Positions 19,090 through 28,303 of a stretch of DNA of 64,000 bases are shown one piece after another. Position 1 is the first letter of the stretch, and each line of letters opens with the position of its first letter. The notes beneath the pieces are model-generated. The model did no database searches, had not been told where the DNA came from, and was given only the letters and a program-made list of their open reading frames with translations. The translations under genes were made by a program, and so were the position numbers. Origin of the DNA: Candidatus Marinacidobacterales bacterium (GTDB taxonomy: Bacteria > Acidobacteriota > Vicinamibacteria > Marinacidobacterales > SMYC01); contig CBDCYI010000005.1 of assembly GCA_965224085.1 (NCBI GenBank), positions 160,001 to 224,000 of the forward strand, read 5' to 3'.

Positions 19090-20541
19090 ATGATTGAATG
19101 GGTCGCCTCGCATCTCGTTCTCGCAGGCACGGCGTTGGTGGCGGTGTTTGCCGGGGTAGCGGTCGTCCACGCGCTTTTGTTCAAGGATGAAGTCCGCGCG
19201 GCGATCGGGTGGGTGGGTCTCATTCTCCTCGTGCCGCTCTTTGGCTCGGTTCTCTACTACTTGATTGGTATCAATCGCATCCGGCGGAGGGCGGTGGCGC
19301 TTCGCCGGCAAAACAAAGAAAACGCACAAGGCCCGCTCCCCGCGGCCGGCCTCATCCCGGGGGATGTCGCGGCGATCTTGGGGGCTACCGACCAAGCGGT
19401 GGAGCTTGCTCATCTTGTCGGCAACGTGACCTCGCGGCCGCTGCTCGGCGGAAATCTTGTCCAGCCGCTCGTGAATGGCGACGAGGCCTACCCTGCCATG
19501 CTCGAGGCCATTCGGAGCGCCGAGCAGAGCATCGTGCTTCTCACTTATATCTTCGACAACGACTCGGCGGGCCGACAGTTTCTCGACGCGCTCACGGATG
19601 CGACCCATCGCGGGGTTGAAGTCCGTGTCCTCATCGACTCGGTCGGCTCGCGCTACTCGCATCCTCCGATCTCACGGCTTCTGAAACGAAACGGTGTACC
19701 GGTCGCGTCGTTTCTACCTACGTTTTCGACGCGGTTACCGTCGTTCAACTTGCGCAACCACCGCAAGGTCATGGTCGTCGATGGTCGCATCGGTTTCACC
19801 GGTGGGATGAATATTCGTGAGGACTTCGTTCTCGATCCGAAGCCGAAACATCCCGGGATGGACTTGCACTTTCGCGTCGAGGGGCCGGTCGTGCAGCATC
19901 TTCACGAGACCTTTGCCGAGGATTGGGAGTTCACGACGGGGGAGTCACTCGACAGCGCGCGCTGGTTCAAAAAGCTCTTGCCCATCGGCCAAACGATCGC
20001 ACGCGGCATCGTCGACGGCCCCGACGCGGATCTGAACGTTTTGAACTTTACGCTCATGGGCGCCATCGCTTGCGCTACGCGCTCCATCAAGATTGTCACG
20101 CCCTATTTTTTGCCGGACCAAGCGCTCGTCTACGCCCTCAACACGGCCTCGTTGGGCGGTCTCGATGTCGATATCGTTCTGCCCGAGAAGGGCAACTTGA
20201 GACTAGTGAACTGGGCGATGGGGGGGCAGATCGATCAGGTTCTCGAACATGGGTGCCGCATTTGGCTTTCACCGAAGCAGCCTTTCGATCACACCAAGCT
20301 CATGGTAGTGGACGACTATTGGGTCTTGTTCGGGTCGATCAATTGGGACCCGAGAAGCTTGCGCTTGAACTTCGAGTTCAACGTCGAATGCTACGACCGG
20401 GAGCTCGCCGAGCAGATGGGGGACCTCGTGCGGGAGCGGATTGCGAAAGCGCGTCGGCTGACGGCCGAGCAGCATGGGCAGAGAAAACTTCCGGTGCGCC
20501 TTCGAGACGGAGCGGCACGTCTGCTGACACCTTATTTGTAG
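19090..20541 (+). CDS. cls: Cardiolipin synthase (PLD family)
   Basis: Two N-terminal TMs; two HKD motifs HRKVMVVD and HTKLMVVD; RSLRLNFE. Confidence 0.93.
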   Translation: MIEWVASHLVLAGTALVAVFAGVAVVHALLFKDEVRAAIGWVGLILLVPLFGSVLYYLIGINRIRRRAVALRRQNKENAQGPLPAAGLIPGDVAAILGATDQAVELAHLVGNVTSRPLLGGNLVQPLVNGDEAYPAMLEAIRSAEQSIVLLTYIFDNDSAGRQFLDALTDATHRGVEVRVLIDSVGSRYSHPPISRLLKRNGVPVASFLPTFSTRLPSFNLRNHRKVMVVDGRIGFTGGMNIREDFVLDPKPKHPGMDLHFRVEGPVVQHLHETFAEDWEFTTGESLDSARWFKKLLPIGQTIARGIVDGPDADLNVLNFTLMGAIACATRSIKIVTPYFLPDQALVYALNTASLGGLDVDIVLPEKGNLRLVNWAMGGQIDQVLEHGCRIWLSPKQPFDHTKLMVVDDYWVLFGSINWDPRSLRLNFEFNVECYDRELAEQMGDLVRERIAKARRLTAEQHGQRKLPVRLRDGAARLLTPYL

Positions 20542-20673
20542 TGCTCGCTCTCTCTTCAAGCATCGCTGAGCTCGCTCGGCGTGTCGTCGGCCCATTCGGG
20601 GCCGCAGGCTGCTAGAGTGCTATGCTTTCGACCTCACATGAGTCCTGATGACCGGAGTTAGCCGGAAGCAGCT

Positions 20674-21033
20674 TTATTCGCAGCTCGGCGAGACGTGCTT
20701 CAGGGAAGAGATGTTGATTCTGGGCTCGGGGCTGGCTTCGATCAGAAGCCCCTTGATGCGCACTTTGTGACCAAGATGTTTCGGGGCGCTAAACTCGTCG
20801 AGGGTACCTATCAGATGAAAACGCGCTTTGCCTTTGGCGGTGGGATCCAAGTTCTCGTCGATGTCTACCGCCGGGACGGGCTCGGTTGCGTCGGTGAGAA
20901 ACCATTTATCGTCTTCTTCTTGAACGAGGCAGCCCACGGTGCCCATGAGTTGCATGGGTTTGCTCTGGGGAAACGCTATCGCCGCTAAAGCTAGGAGCCC
21001 CAGAAGGACCAGAGCCCTCGAAATCAAAATCAA
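20674..21033 (-). CDS. Small secreted protein with two Cys
   Basis: Signal peptide; VGCL...PSCE; overlaps the PAL-like stop by 4 bp. Confidence 0.75.
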   Translation of the reverse strand: MILISRALVLLGLLALAAIAFPQSKPMQLMGTVGCLVQEEDDKWFLTDATEPVPAVDIDENLDPTAKGKARFHLIGTLDEFSAPKHLGHKVRIKGLLIEASPEPRINISSLKHVSPSCE

Positions 21034-22085
21034 TGCTCGTTCTCCGACGTCGTGCTCACCGGAACGAACTTTTGTAAGCGTTGTCCGTAAGTGTCGCCGA
21101 CATAGACAGCGCCTTTGGAGTCGACGGCCAGGCCGTGGGCCCAGTCGAACTCGCCGGGCCCGCGTCCTTGCGCGCCCCAGCGGGTGACAATCTTGCGGTC
21201 TCTCAGTGAGACTTTGAGGACCTGCTCCGATTCGTGCTCGGTCATGAACATGTGCTTTTCGTCGGGAGCGAGCGCGATGCCCCAGATATAGCCGAGGCCG
21301 TCGAGCTGGCCTTTGTAGTTGCCGTCGGTGTCGAACATCTGGACACGGTGGTTCTCGCGGTCGAGCACGTAGACTTTATCGTTCGAGTCCACGACGACCG
21401 CATGCGGCAAATGGAACTCGCCGGGCTTCGTGCTCGTATCCTCGGGACCACCGCCCCATTGTTTGATGAACTTGCCGTCGGGCGAATATTTTGCCACGCG
21501 GTTGTTGCCGTAGCCGTCGGCAATCAGAATCTCGCCTTTACTCGTGGTCGCGACATCCGCCGGGCGGTCGAGATGGGTCGCGTCGTAGCCCGCCTCGTCT
21601 TTCACGCCGATCTCGACGAGGACCCTCTTCATCTCGGGATCCATCTTGAGGATCCGATGCGCATCCTCATCGACGAGCCAAACGTTCCCATCACGGTCGA
21701 CTTTGATGAAGTGCGGCACGGTGCCCGTGACGCCAATGGCGCCCGAGCGGAGGTACTTGCCGTTCGCGTCGAACACGATGACGGGATGCTTGCCGCGATT
21801 AAAGACATAGATGTGGTCGTTCTCATCTATCGCGACGCCCGAAACGCCTGGCTGGAGATTGGGCGTCCGCGGCGGTGGCGTTTCACCTCTTGCTACCGCC
21901 TGTGCGCGCTTTTTCTCGCGCTCCGCCCGCATTTCAGCGCGAGCGTCCGGCATGGGGAAGTCCTGCGGGTGGCCGAGATACATCCCGTCTGGGATCGTCG
22001 GCCAGTTTTCGACGAGACGATACTCGGGCGCATCTTGGAGCCCGAGAAGCGCCAAAGAGCTCAGCATCAATATTAGTGTCTTCAT
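21030..22085 (-). CDS. Peptidyl-alpha-hydroxyglycine alpha-amidating lyase (PAL)-like NHL beta-propeller
   Basis: PHFIKVD, IADGYGNNRV, FHLPHAVVVD, LDRENHRVQ, WAHGLAVD; signal peptide MKTLILML. Confidence 0.85.
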   Translation of the reverse strand: MKTLILMLSSLALLGLQDAPEYRLVENWPTIPDGMYLGHPQDFPMPDARAEMRAEREKKRAQAVARGETPPPRTPNLQPGVSGVAIDENDHIYVFNRGKHPVIVFDANGKYLRSGAIGVTGTVPHFIKVDRDGNVWLVDEDAHRILKMDPEMKRVLVEIGVKDEAGYDATHLDRPADVATTSKGEILIADGYGNNRVAKYSPDGKFIKQWGGGPEDTSTKPGEFHLPHAVVVDSNDKVYVLDRENHRVQMFDTDGNYKGQLDGLGYIWGIALAPDEKHMFMTEHESEQVLKVSLRDRKIVTRWGAQGRGPGEFDWAHGLAVDSKGAVYVGDTYGQRLQKFVPVSTTSENEH

Positions 22086-22684
22086 CGTCTTTCGAACTCC
22101 TTCCGCCACCACGGATGTCCAAAATTGGTAAAAGGGCCGCCGTCGACGGAGATCTTGGTTTGGACCTTGAAATTGACGGGCGAGACCATCCGCGTCTGAT
22201 ATTGGAGTTGTACCGTGTGCCCATTCGCCGGAAACGGCGGCGTTTGATAATGGATGGTGTAGAAGCCGCCGAAATCGCCACCGATGGGCCCCGTCTTGAG
22301 GATCTCGAAACCTCGGCTATCCTTTTCGAGGCGGACGAAAATCTTCTGCTCCTTCTCGTAGACGATGGTCGCGTCCACGGTGAAGGGACCGTCCGGGCCT
22401 ACCGCTTCGATCTTGCTCGTGTAATAGCGGCCGTCCTCGCTCGGTGCGAAGACTTCTGTGCCCTTGATGGTCCCCGCGGCGCCGAGTGGGCTTTCGGGAA
22501 CGCGCCACTCGAAATCCCATTTGCCGGGGAAGTAGATGTCATAGTCGAAGAGCGGAACTTCGTCGTCCTTTTCGGTAGGCCGGCCGTGATCCGGAATCTG
22601 TCCCTTGGGAAGATCCGGCTTTTCCTGCTGCGGGTGCGCGACGCTCAGAGCGAGCGCGACGACCCAGATGCAAACCTGAAACAT
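22082..22684 (-). CDS. Secreted hypothetical beta-rich protein
   Basis: Signal peptide; 200 aa; tightly coupled to neighbours. Confidence 0.8.
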   Translation of the reverse strand: MFQVCIWVVALALSVAHPQQEKPDLPKGQIPDHGRPTEKDDEVPLFDYDIYFPGKWDFEWRVPESPLGAAGTIKGTEVFAPSEDGRYYTSKIEAVGPDGPFTVDATIVYEKEQKIFVRLEKDSRGFEILKTGPIGGDFGGFYTIHYQTPPFPANGHTVQLQYQTRMVSPVNFKVQTKISVDGGPFTNFGHPWWRKEFERR

Positions 22685-22690
22685 TGCAGG

Positions 22691-24139
22691 CTATTGATTG
22701 TCGTTGTCGGTTGCCGTGTCGAGCTTGGTGAGATCCTGGCTGTCGATCGTGTACTCGGTGAATGCCTGGTACATCTCGTCCCAGCTCTGCTCGCCCCAGT
22801 AGACCTCGAGCTGCGGTCCCGGATTCCAGCGATTGTAGAGCGAGTTGTCGTAGACCCCGATCGCCGTAATCTTGCTGCCCGCCGTGATTTTCAAGGGTTC
22901 GACGAGCTCGTAGTGAATCTGCCAGTTGAAGTCGAACTCCGGAACGTCGAGGATGATGTCTTCCCGTCCGTCGGGCCAGGTAACGATCCACTTCAAGCTC
23001 TTGCCGCGCAAGTGCATGTGCGGCGACAAGCCATAGAGCGTGATGTCCTCGGTGACGGGCGTGATGCCGGTGATCTTCCAATCTTCCGCGTATGCCGGAA
23101 TCGTCGGGATCTTCGGGCGCACGGGCTTGCCGTTCTCGTCGGTCGTGGAGACGATCTCTTCACCGTTCACGATATAGATGTCGTGGCCGAAAGGGTCGGT
23201 CGGGACCGGGTTGCCGCCTTGGCGCGTCAACACTTCGTGTGTCACGGGCTTCGTGTTGAACCATACGCCGAGCTTCGAGCGATCCGTCTCGGGCTTGCCG
23301 GTGGGGTTGTAGTGCATCGTGAAGCGGACATATTTGCCGGCTGTGATGCGCTTGCCGGTCCCGGGGCGATGGCTCTCGACGCCACGTCCCGGCACGAAGG
23401 AGAGGAGCTTGCTCGTACCCTTTAGGTTGAACTGGTTGAAGACTGCTTGCTGGATACGATTCTCGGCATCTTCCGATTTGCGCTCGCGCTCGCGCTTGTT
23501 GGCCTCGCTGCGCGTGAGAGGCTCGCCCTCGAGCGTGACGAGCTTGCCTTCGACCACTTTCGTATCGGGCGGCAAGTCGACGACATAGGCGCCCGCGTGG
23601 TGAACGATTGCGGGGTTACTTGGACGCAGCTCCAGGATCTCCGCGAAGCGATCGACGACCCACGGGACCTTGACGTAGAAATCGAGATACTCTTCTTCAC
23701 CTTCCGCCGGGATCTCGCACTCGACCGGTAACTCGAACACGAAATCGGGGACGCGTCCTACCGTCCACCCGTTGGAGAACTCGGGCATGCTCGGAGGCTC
23801 GCCGTCGCCTCGCGGCGCGCCACCATCGGCCCAAGCGGCGATGATGCCGATCTCCTCCTCGGTGAGCCGGCGCTCGTTACGCATCGGGAAGGAGTGAGCC
23901 GGATCGGCCAGCCACGGGGGCATTTCACCGGTTTCGGTGGTCGATTTGATGGCCTGGGCCCACGGGCGTACTTCCTTATAGTCGCGCAGCGGCATCGGCC
24001 CAATCTCGCCAGGGCGGTGACAGCTCACACAATTCTCGTAGAGAATCGGCGCAACATCTTTGGTGAAGGTGGGGGTCTCCGCCGCCGCCATGGCGGACGC
24101 GAGAACCAACACTATCAGTAAGAACGAGAGGCGTTTCAT
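22691..24139 (-). CDS. Cytochrome c-fused copper type II (PHM/DBH-like) monooxygenase
   Basis: Signal peptide; CVSCH heme site; IVHHA, TMHY, PHMH, DEM copper-ligand motifs. Confidence 0.87.
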   Translation of the reverse strand: MKRLSFLLIVLVLASAMAAAETPTFTKDVAPILYENCVSCHRPGEIGPMPLRDYKEVRPWAQAIKSTTETGEMPPWLADPAHSFPMRNERRLTEEEIGIIAAWADGGAPRGDGEPPSMPEFSNGWTVGRVPDFVFELPVECEIPAEGEEEYLDFYVKVPWVVDRFAEILELRPSNPAIVHHAGAYVVDLPPDTKVVEGKLVTLEGEPLTRSEANKRERERKSEDAENRIQQAVFNQFNLKGTSKLLSFVPGRGVESHRPGTGKRITAGKYVRFTMHYNPTGKPETDRSKLGVWFNTKPVTHEVLTRQGGNPVPTDPFGHDIYIVNGEEIVSTTDENGKPVRPKIPTIPAYAEDWKITGITPVTEDITLYGLSPHMHLRGKSLKWIVTWPDGREDIILDVPEFDFNWQIHYELVEPLKITAGSKITAIGVYDNSLYNRWNPGPQLEVYWGEQSWDEMYQAFTEYTIDSQDLTKLDTATDNDNQ

Positions 24140-24217
24140 CGGCTAGCCCTCCGAGATCAGTGCAATCTACGGGCTGACCGTGGAGATGTCAATTGGGGCC
24201 TAGTATCATTCCAGTGC

Positions 24218-25369
24218 TTGCCGATGACCTTTTTTCAGCATCCTGCTAGTACGAAGGGGGCCGTGCGCGTCATCCTCAGTGTCAGTTTTTTGCTCGCAAG
24301 CTTTTGCGGCTCGAGCGCCTTGGCGCATGATTTGGAGTTCACCTACACCATTGTCCTGCTGCGGGCCGACGGTAAATTCCAAGTGGATGTCACCTGCGAT
24401 CTCGACGCGCTCGCTCTCGGCGTCGCGCCGGGGGTCGACTCGGAGCAAGCGGTGCGGCGGCTGCGTGCCCTCCCAGTCGGAGAGCTCGAGCGCCGGGTCG
24501 AGCAAGTTCGCGATCGACTCGCGGACCTGGTGACGGTGAGCTTCGACGGTGTCGCGATGTCGATCCGCCCGCGTCTTCCGGATTACGGCCACAGCGAGGA
24601 AGCCCCCATCCCGACCATCCTCGGGCTGACCGCACGTTTCCGAGGTGCGATCCCGCCGGATGCCGAACGGATCGGGCTTCGCGTCGACCGTTTGTTCCCG
24701 CCGGTCTATCTGACGGTCATGGACGAAGCGGCGGATATCGTCGCGCACCAAGTCCTGACGCGTGGCGACGACAGCGATCCTTTTGCGCTGATCCCGAGCT
24801 CGAGAACGCCACCATCTAGGCTCACGGTCGCCCGGCGCTATTTTCGCCTCGGGATCTGGCACATCGTCCCCGAAGGCCTCGACCACATCTTGTTTGTTTT
24901 GGGCTTGTTTCTTTTGAGCACGCGGCTGCGTCCGCTGCTCATTCAAGTCACCGCGTTCACCGTCGCGCATACGGCAACGCTGGCCCTCTCGGCGTATGGC
25001 ATCGTGCGCTTGCCGCCCTCGGTGGTCGAGCCACTCATCGCTTTTTCCATCGCTTATGTTGCCATCGAGAACCTCGTAACGCGCGAGCTCAAGCCGTGGC
25101 GTCCCCTTGTCGTGTTTCTTTTTGGGCTTTTGCACGGAATGGGCTTCGCCGGGTTTCTCGGGGAGCTCGGCATCCCCGAGCAACAATTCCTCACCGCGCT
25201 CGTGAGCTTCAACCTCGGTGTAGAAGCCGGCCAACTCAGTGTTGTCACCGCCGCGTTCTTGACGATTGGCTGGTTTCACGACAAGTCGTGGTATCGCGCG
25301 CGAGTGACGATCCCGCTTTCGCTCGGGATCGCGGCGATGGGCCTATACTGGGCAGCCACGAGGCTATGA
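24218..25369 (+). CDS. HupE/UreJ family membrane protein (start uncertain)
   Basis: ALAH; GIWHIVPEGLDHILF, TAFTVAHT, FGLLHGMGFAG, FNLGVEAGQ. Confidence 0.88.
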   Translation: MPMTFFQHPASTKGAVRVILSVSFLLASFCGSSALAHDLEFTYTIVLLRADGKFQVDVTCDLDALALGVAPGVDSEQAVRRLRALPVGELERRVEQVRDRLADLVTVSFDGVAMSIRPRLPDYGHSEEAPIPTILGLTARFRGAIPPDAERIGLRVDRLFPPVYLTVMDEAADIVAHQVLTRGDDSDPFALIPSSRTPPSRLTVARRYFRLGIWHIVPEGLDHILFVLGLFLLSTRLRPLLIQVTAFTVAHTATLALSAYGIVRLPPSVVEPLIAFSIAYVAIENLVTRELKPWRPLVVFLFGLLHGMGFAGFLGELGIPEQQFLTALVSFNLGVEAGQLSVVTAAFLTIGWFHDKSWYRARVTIPLSLGIAAMGLYWAATRL

Positions 25370-26214
25370 GCTACCGCGAGCTGACGCCGTCTGGATTTGG
25401 CTGGGAGCTATCCGAGCTCGATCCGGCGCGAGCGATGGAGGCGTTCCACAGCTCGGGCGGATTCATCTTGATTCGCAACCAGCAAAGGTTGGAGCCGAGA
25501 GAGCTCATGAACGTTGCGACCCTTTTCGGCGAGCTCGAGCTCAACGAGAAATACGACCCGAATTTCCTGCTCCCGGATCATCCGGAGATTCTTCGCCTCG
25601 GTAATCTTCGGGAGAACGGCAAGTATCGCTCCCTCTTCGTCCAAGCCGACCCGCCGCCGCTCCTGTGGCACACGGACGATTCTTTTCGCATCCCACAGCC
25701 ACTCGGATCTTGTCTCTTGTGCGTGAAGACGCCGCCGTCGGGCGGCGAAACGGGCTTCGCGGGCATGGCGGCTGCCTATGACGCGCTGCCGGAAGCAACG
25801 AAGCGCCGCATCGACGGCCTCACGACGACGCACTCCTATCATTATTTAAACGAGATCCTGAGGCGCCGGAACCCGCACCGGCAGCCTTTGAGCGAGGAGC
25901 TCCGGGCGAATCACCCGCCGGTCGAGCGGCCCTTGGTCGCGCGCCATCCGGTGACGGGTCGCAAGTCCCTGTATCTTCCGAAGTGTCACATCGAGTCGAT
26001 CCACGGCCTCTCGCCCGAGGAGGCCGAGTCACTTCTGAGCGAGCTTCTGGAGCACGCGACGGGAGAGGATTTCGCCTTTATGCATCGCTGGGCGCCTGGG
26101 GATATTGTCGTGTGGGACAACCGCTCGGTCTTACACGCGCCATCGCCATTCGACGACACGCGCTACGATCGTCTGCTTTATAGCCTTACGATGAAAGGCG
26201 AACAAGTCTCGTGA
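25366..26214 (+). CDS. TauD/TfdA Fe(II)/2-oxoglutarate dioxygenase
   Basis: WHTDDS, GGETGFA, HPVTGRKSLY, WDNRSVLH; ATGA overlap with the HupE gene. Confidence 0.9.
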   Translation: MSYRELTPSGFGWELSELDPARAMEAFHSSGGFILIRNQQRLEPRELMNVATLFGELELNEKYDPNFLLPDHPEILRLGNLRENGKYRSLFVQADPPPLLWHTDDSFRIPQPLGSCLLCVKTPPSGGETGFAGMAAAYDALPEATKRRIDGLTTTHSYHYLNEILRRRNPHRQPLSEELRANHPPVERPLVARHPVTGRKSLYLPKCHIESIHGLSPEEAESLLSELLEHATGEDFAFMHRWAPGDIVVWDNRSVLHAPSPFDDTRYDRLLYSLTMKGEQVS

Positions 26215-26618
26215 ATGAAGAGCCGTTCATCGCGACGCTCGTTCCCGCCCATCGAGCATCGCACGTGGACGGTGAAGATCACCATGAAGCCGACCTGGGC
26301 CGTCAGGATGACCAGCATGGGAATCGCTACGTGCGCGAGCTGCGCGAGGTCGACGCTCATTGCGGCGACGGCGAGAAACAAATTGAGGCAGAGGAACATC
26401 ATGAGCGCTACGACCCGATCGCGGATCCAAGGACGACCGGTGAGCTCGAGACTGCTGCGAAGCGCGATGCCCACGATCATCGCGCCGATGTAACCCGGAA
26501 GCACGAGAGGGGCGCCCGCGAGCTCGATCGAGCCGAGCCCATAACTCACCCACGCACCCAGCTTGAGGGAGACCGCCCACCACGCTGTGATCTCCAAGGG
26601 TCCGGGCTCTAAGGACAT
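26178..26618 (-). pseudogene. Sodium/glutamate symporter (GltS) remnant with deletions
   Basis: LPGYIGAMIVGIALR...LNLFLAVAAMSVDL...PMLVILTAQV matches the GltS middle; only about 18 N-terminal codons precede it. Confidence 0.75.
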
Positions 26619-26729
26619 ATTTGGCCGTGCACGTTGCCTTCTTCTCTAGGTTATCCTAGCAACTTCGGCTGAGGCCTTTCCGCGCGAACCGTTGGAAGTA
26701 AAACCCCAGTCGACTCCAGGAGGACGCGC

Positions 26730-27884
26730 ATGGTTTTGAATCTCGCACGGTGGATCTTTATCCTTTTGGCGATCGTGCGGCCGCAACGAGGCTTCACTCA
26801 GCCACCGCTCGACGATACGGAGCGCTTGCTCGAGGAATTGACCAATGCGCACGGGGTGAGCGGATTCGAGGGCGAGGTCCGCGAGATCCTTCGTCGCGAG
26901 TGGCGTGAGCTGCTCCCCGATCTTCACACCGACGGTATCGGCAATCTTCTGGGCACGCTCCCCGGCGGTCCCGACGGGCCGCGCGTTCTCGTCATGGCGC
27001 ATATGGACGAAGTCGGCTTTCTTGTCCGCCATATCGATGACGACGGATTCGTCTACATTAATAATGTTGGCGGTTATTTTGCTCAAAGCGTGCTCACGCA
27101 GCGATTGTCGATCCTCACGGCGACGGGACGCGTCGTCGGCTATACCGGGATGAAGTCGGGTCACATCCTCCGCCCCGCGGAGCGAAACCAGATGGTCCCG
27201 CTCGAGCGCATGTTCATCGACGTGGGGGCGCGCAGCCGCGCTGAGGTGCTGGCGATGGGTATCCGACCCGGTCTCCCCGTCGCCTATGAGACCGCGTTCG
27301 AAAAGCTCGGCGACACAGGCCGCTACCTCGCCAAGGCCTGGGACGATCGGGTCGGGCTTGCAGTGTTAACCCAAGCCCTTCGCCAGCTCGGCCCTCATCC
27401 CAATCAAGTACAGGTCGCGGCGACGGTCCAAGAAGAGATTGGCTTGAGAGGGGCCGCGGTCGTCGAAGAGAGCCTGCACCCGGATATCGTCATCAACCTC
27501 GAGATTGGTATTGCTTCCGACTTTCCACTCTTGACCTCACCCACTTTGTCCCAAGAGGCTCTCGGAGACGGCCCTGGGATATTCGTCTTCGACCGAAGCA
27601 TGATCCCGAACAACCAGTTCATCGATTGGATTATCGACGTCGCCCGCCAAAACGCGATCCCAATCCAGTTCGAGTCGGTCTCGGGCTATGGGGAGGATGG
27701 CGCCCAGCTGCAACGCTCGGCCCGAGGCATCCCCGCGGTGAATATTGGTATCCCGACGCGCTACGGACACAGCCAATCGGGCGTGATCGACCGCGCGGAT
27801 TACGACAACACCGTGAAGCTTGTGCGGTGCATGATCGAAGGCCTGTCCGATCAAGCCGTCCAGCAGATTCGAACGTTCGAGTGA
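26730..27884 (+). CDS. M42 family aminopeptidase, exported
   Basis: AHMDEVG, KAWDDRVG, TVQEEIGLRGA, RYGHS. Confidence 0.92.
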   Translation: MVLNLARWIFILLAIVRPQRGFTQPPLDDTERLLEELTNAHGVSGFEGEVREILRREWRELLPDLHTDGIGNLLGTLPGGPDGPRVLVMAHMDEVGFLVRHIDDDGFVYINNVGGYFAQSVLTQRLSILTATGRVVGYTGMKSGHILRPAERNQMVPLERMFIDVGARSRAEVLAMGIRPGLPVAYETAFEKLGDTGRYLAKAWDDRVGLAVLTQALRQLGPHPNQVQVAATVQEEIGLRGAAVVEESLHPDIVINLEIGIASDFPLLTSPTLSQEALGDGPGIFVFDRSMIPNNQFIDWIIDVARQNAIPIQFESVSGYGEDGAQLQRSARGIPAVNIGIPTRYGHSQSGVIDRADYDNTVKLVRCMIEGLSDQAVQQIRTFE

Positions 27885-28137
27885 CGGTCAACCATCGATG
27901 ACTGTGTATGGCGTTGGCGGCCGTAGCCCATCGACTTCACGCATGCGTTTCGCGATAGGAGCAAGCGAGTTTACCTCCCCTGGACGAGGCGTTCAAGTTC
28001 TCACCCGCGGCGTAAGCAATACTCTACGAGGCACAGCCTGAGTCCGGAAAAACGGATGTTATAGTGTGTTCTTGTGCGTCCAGGCTTCCAACACCGCGCC
28101 GTGGTTTCGGTACGGATCCCGTTCCAGGCGAGATCGA

Positions 28138-28302
28138 CTAGTCCCCTGGAACAGAGGTTCGTGGCCTAAAGCTCGAGGTCATTTTGTGGGCTGGCAAGGC
28201 GTGACGACGAAGTCATATTGGGATATTTCGAGGAGAAACAACGCAGCCAGCGCGCAAAAGGGCCCGAGATTTAGGTTACGAATCTCTGTTCCAGGGGACT
28301 AG
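28138..28302. mobile_element. 165-bp hairpin MITE-like element with CTAG ends
   Basis: CTAGTCCCCTGGAACAGAG ... CTCTGTTCCAGGGGACTAG is a perfect 19-bp terminal inverted repeat extending imperfectly to about 56 bp. Confidence 0.85.
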
Positions 28303-28303
28303 C

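Noticed and set aside
7310-23425. Long plus-strand ORFs (7310, 11186, 14663, 16779, 21234, 21875)
   Set aside because: Antisense shadows of well-supported genes, typical of high-GC DNA
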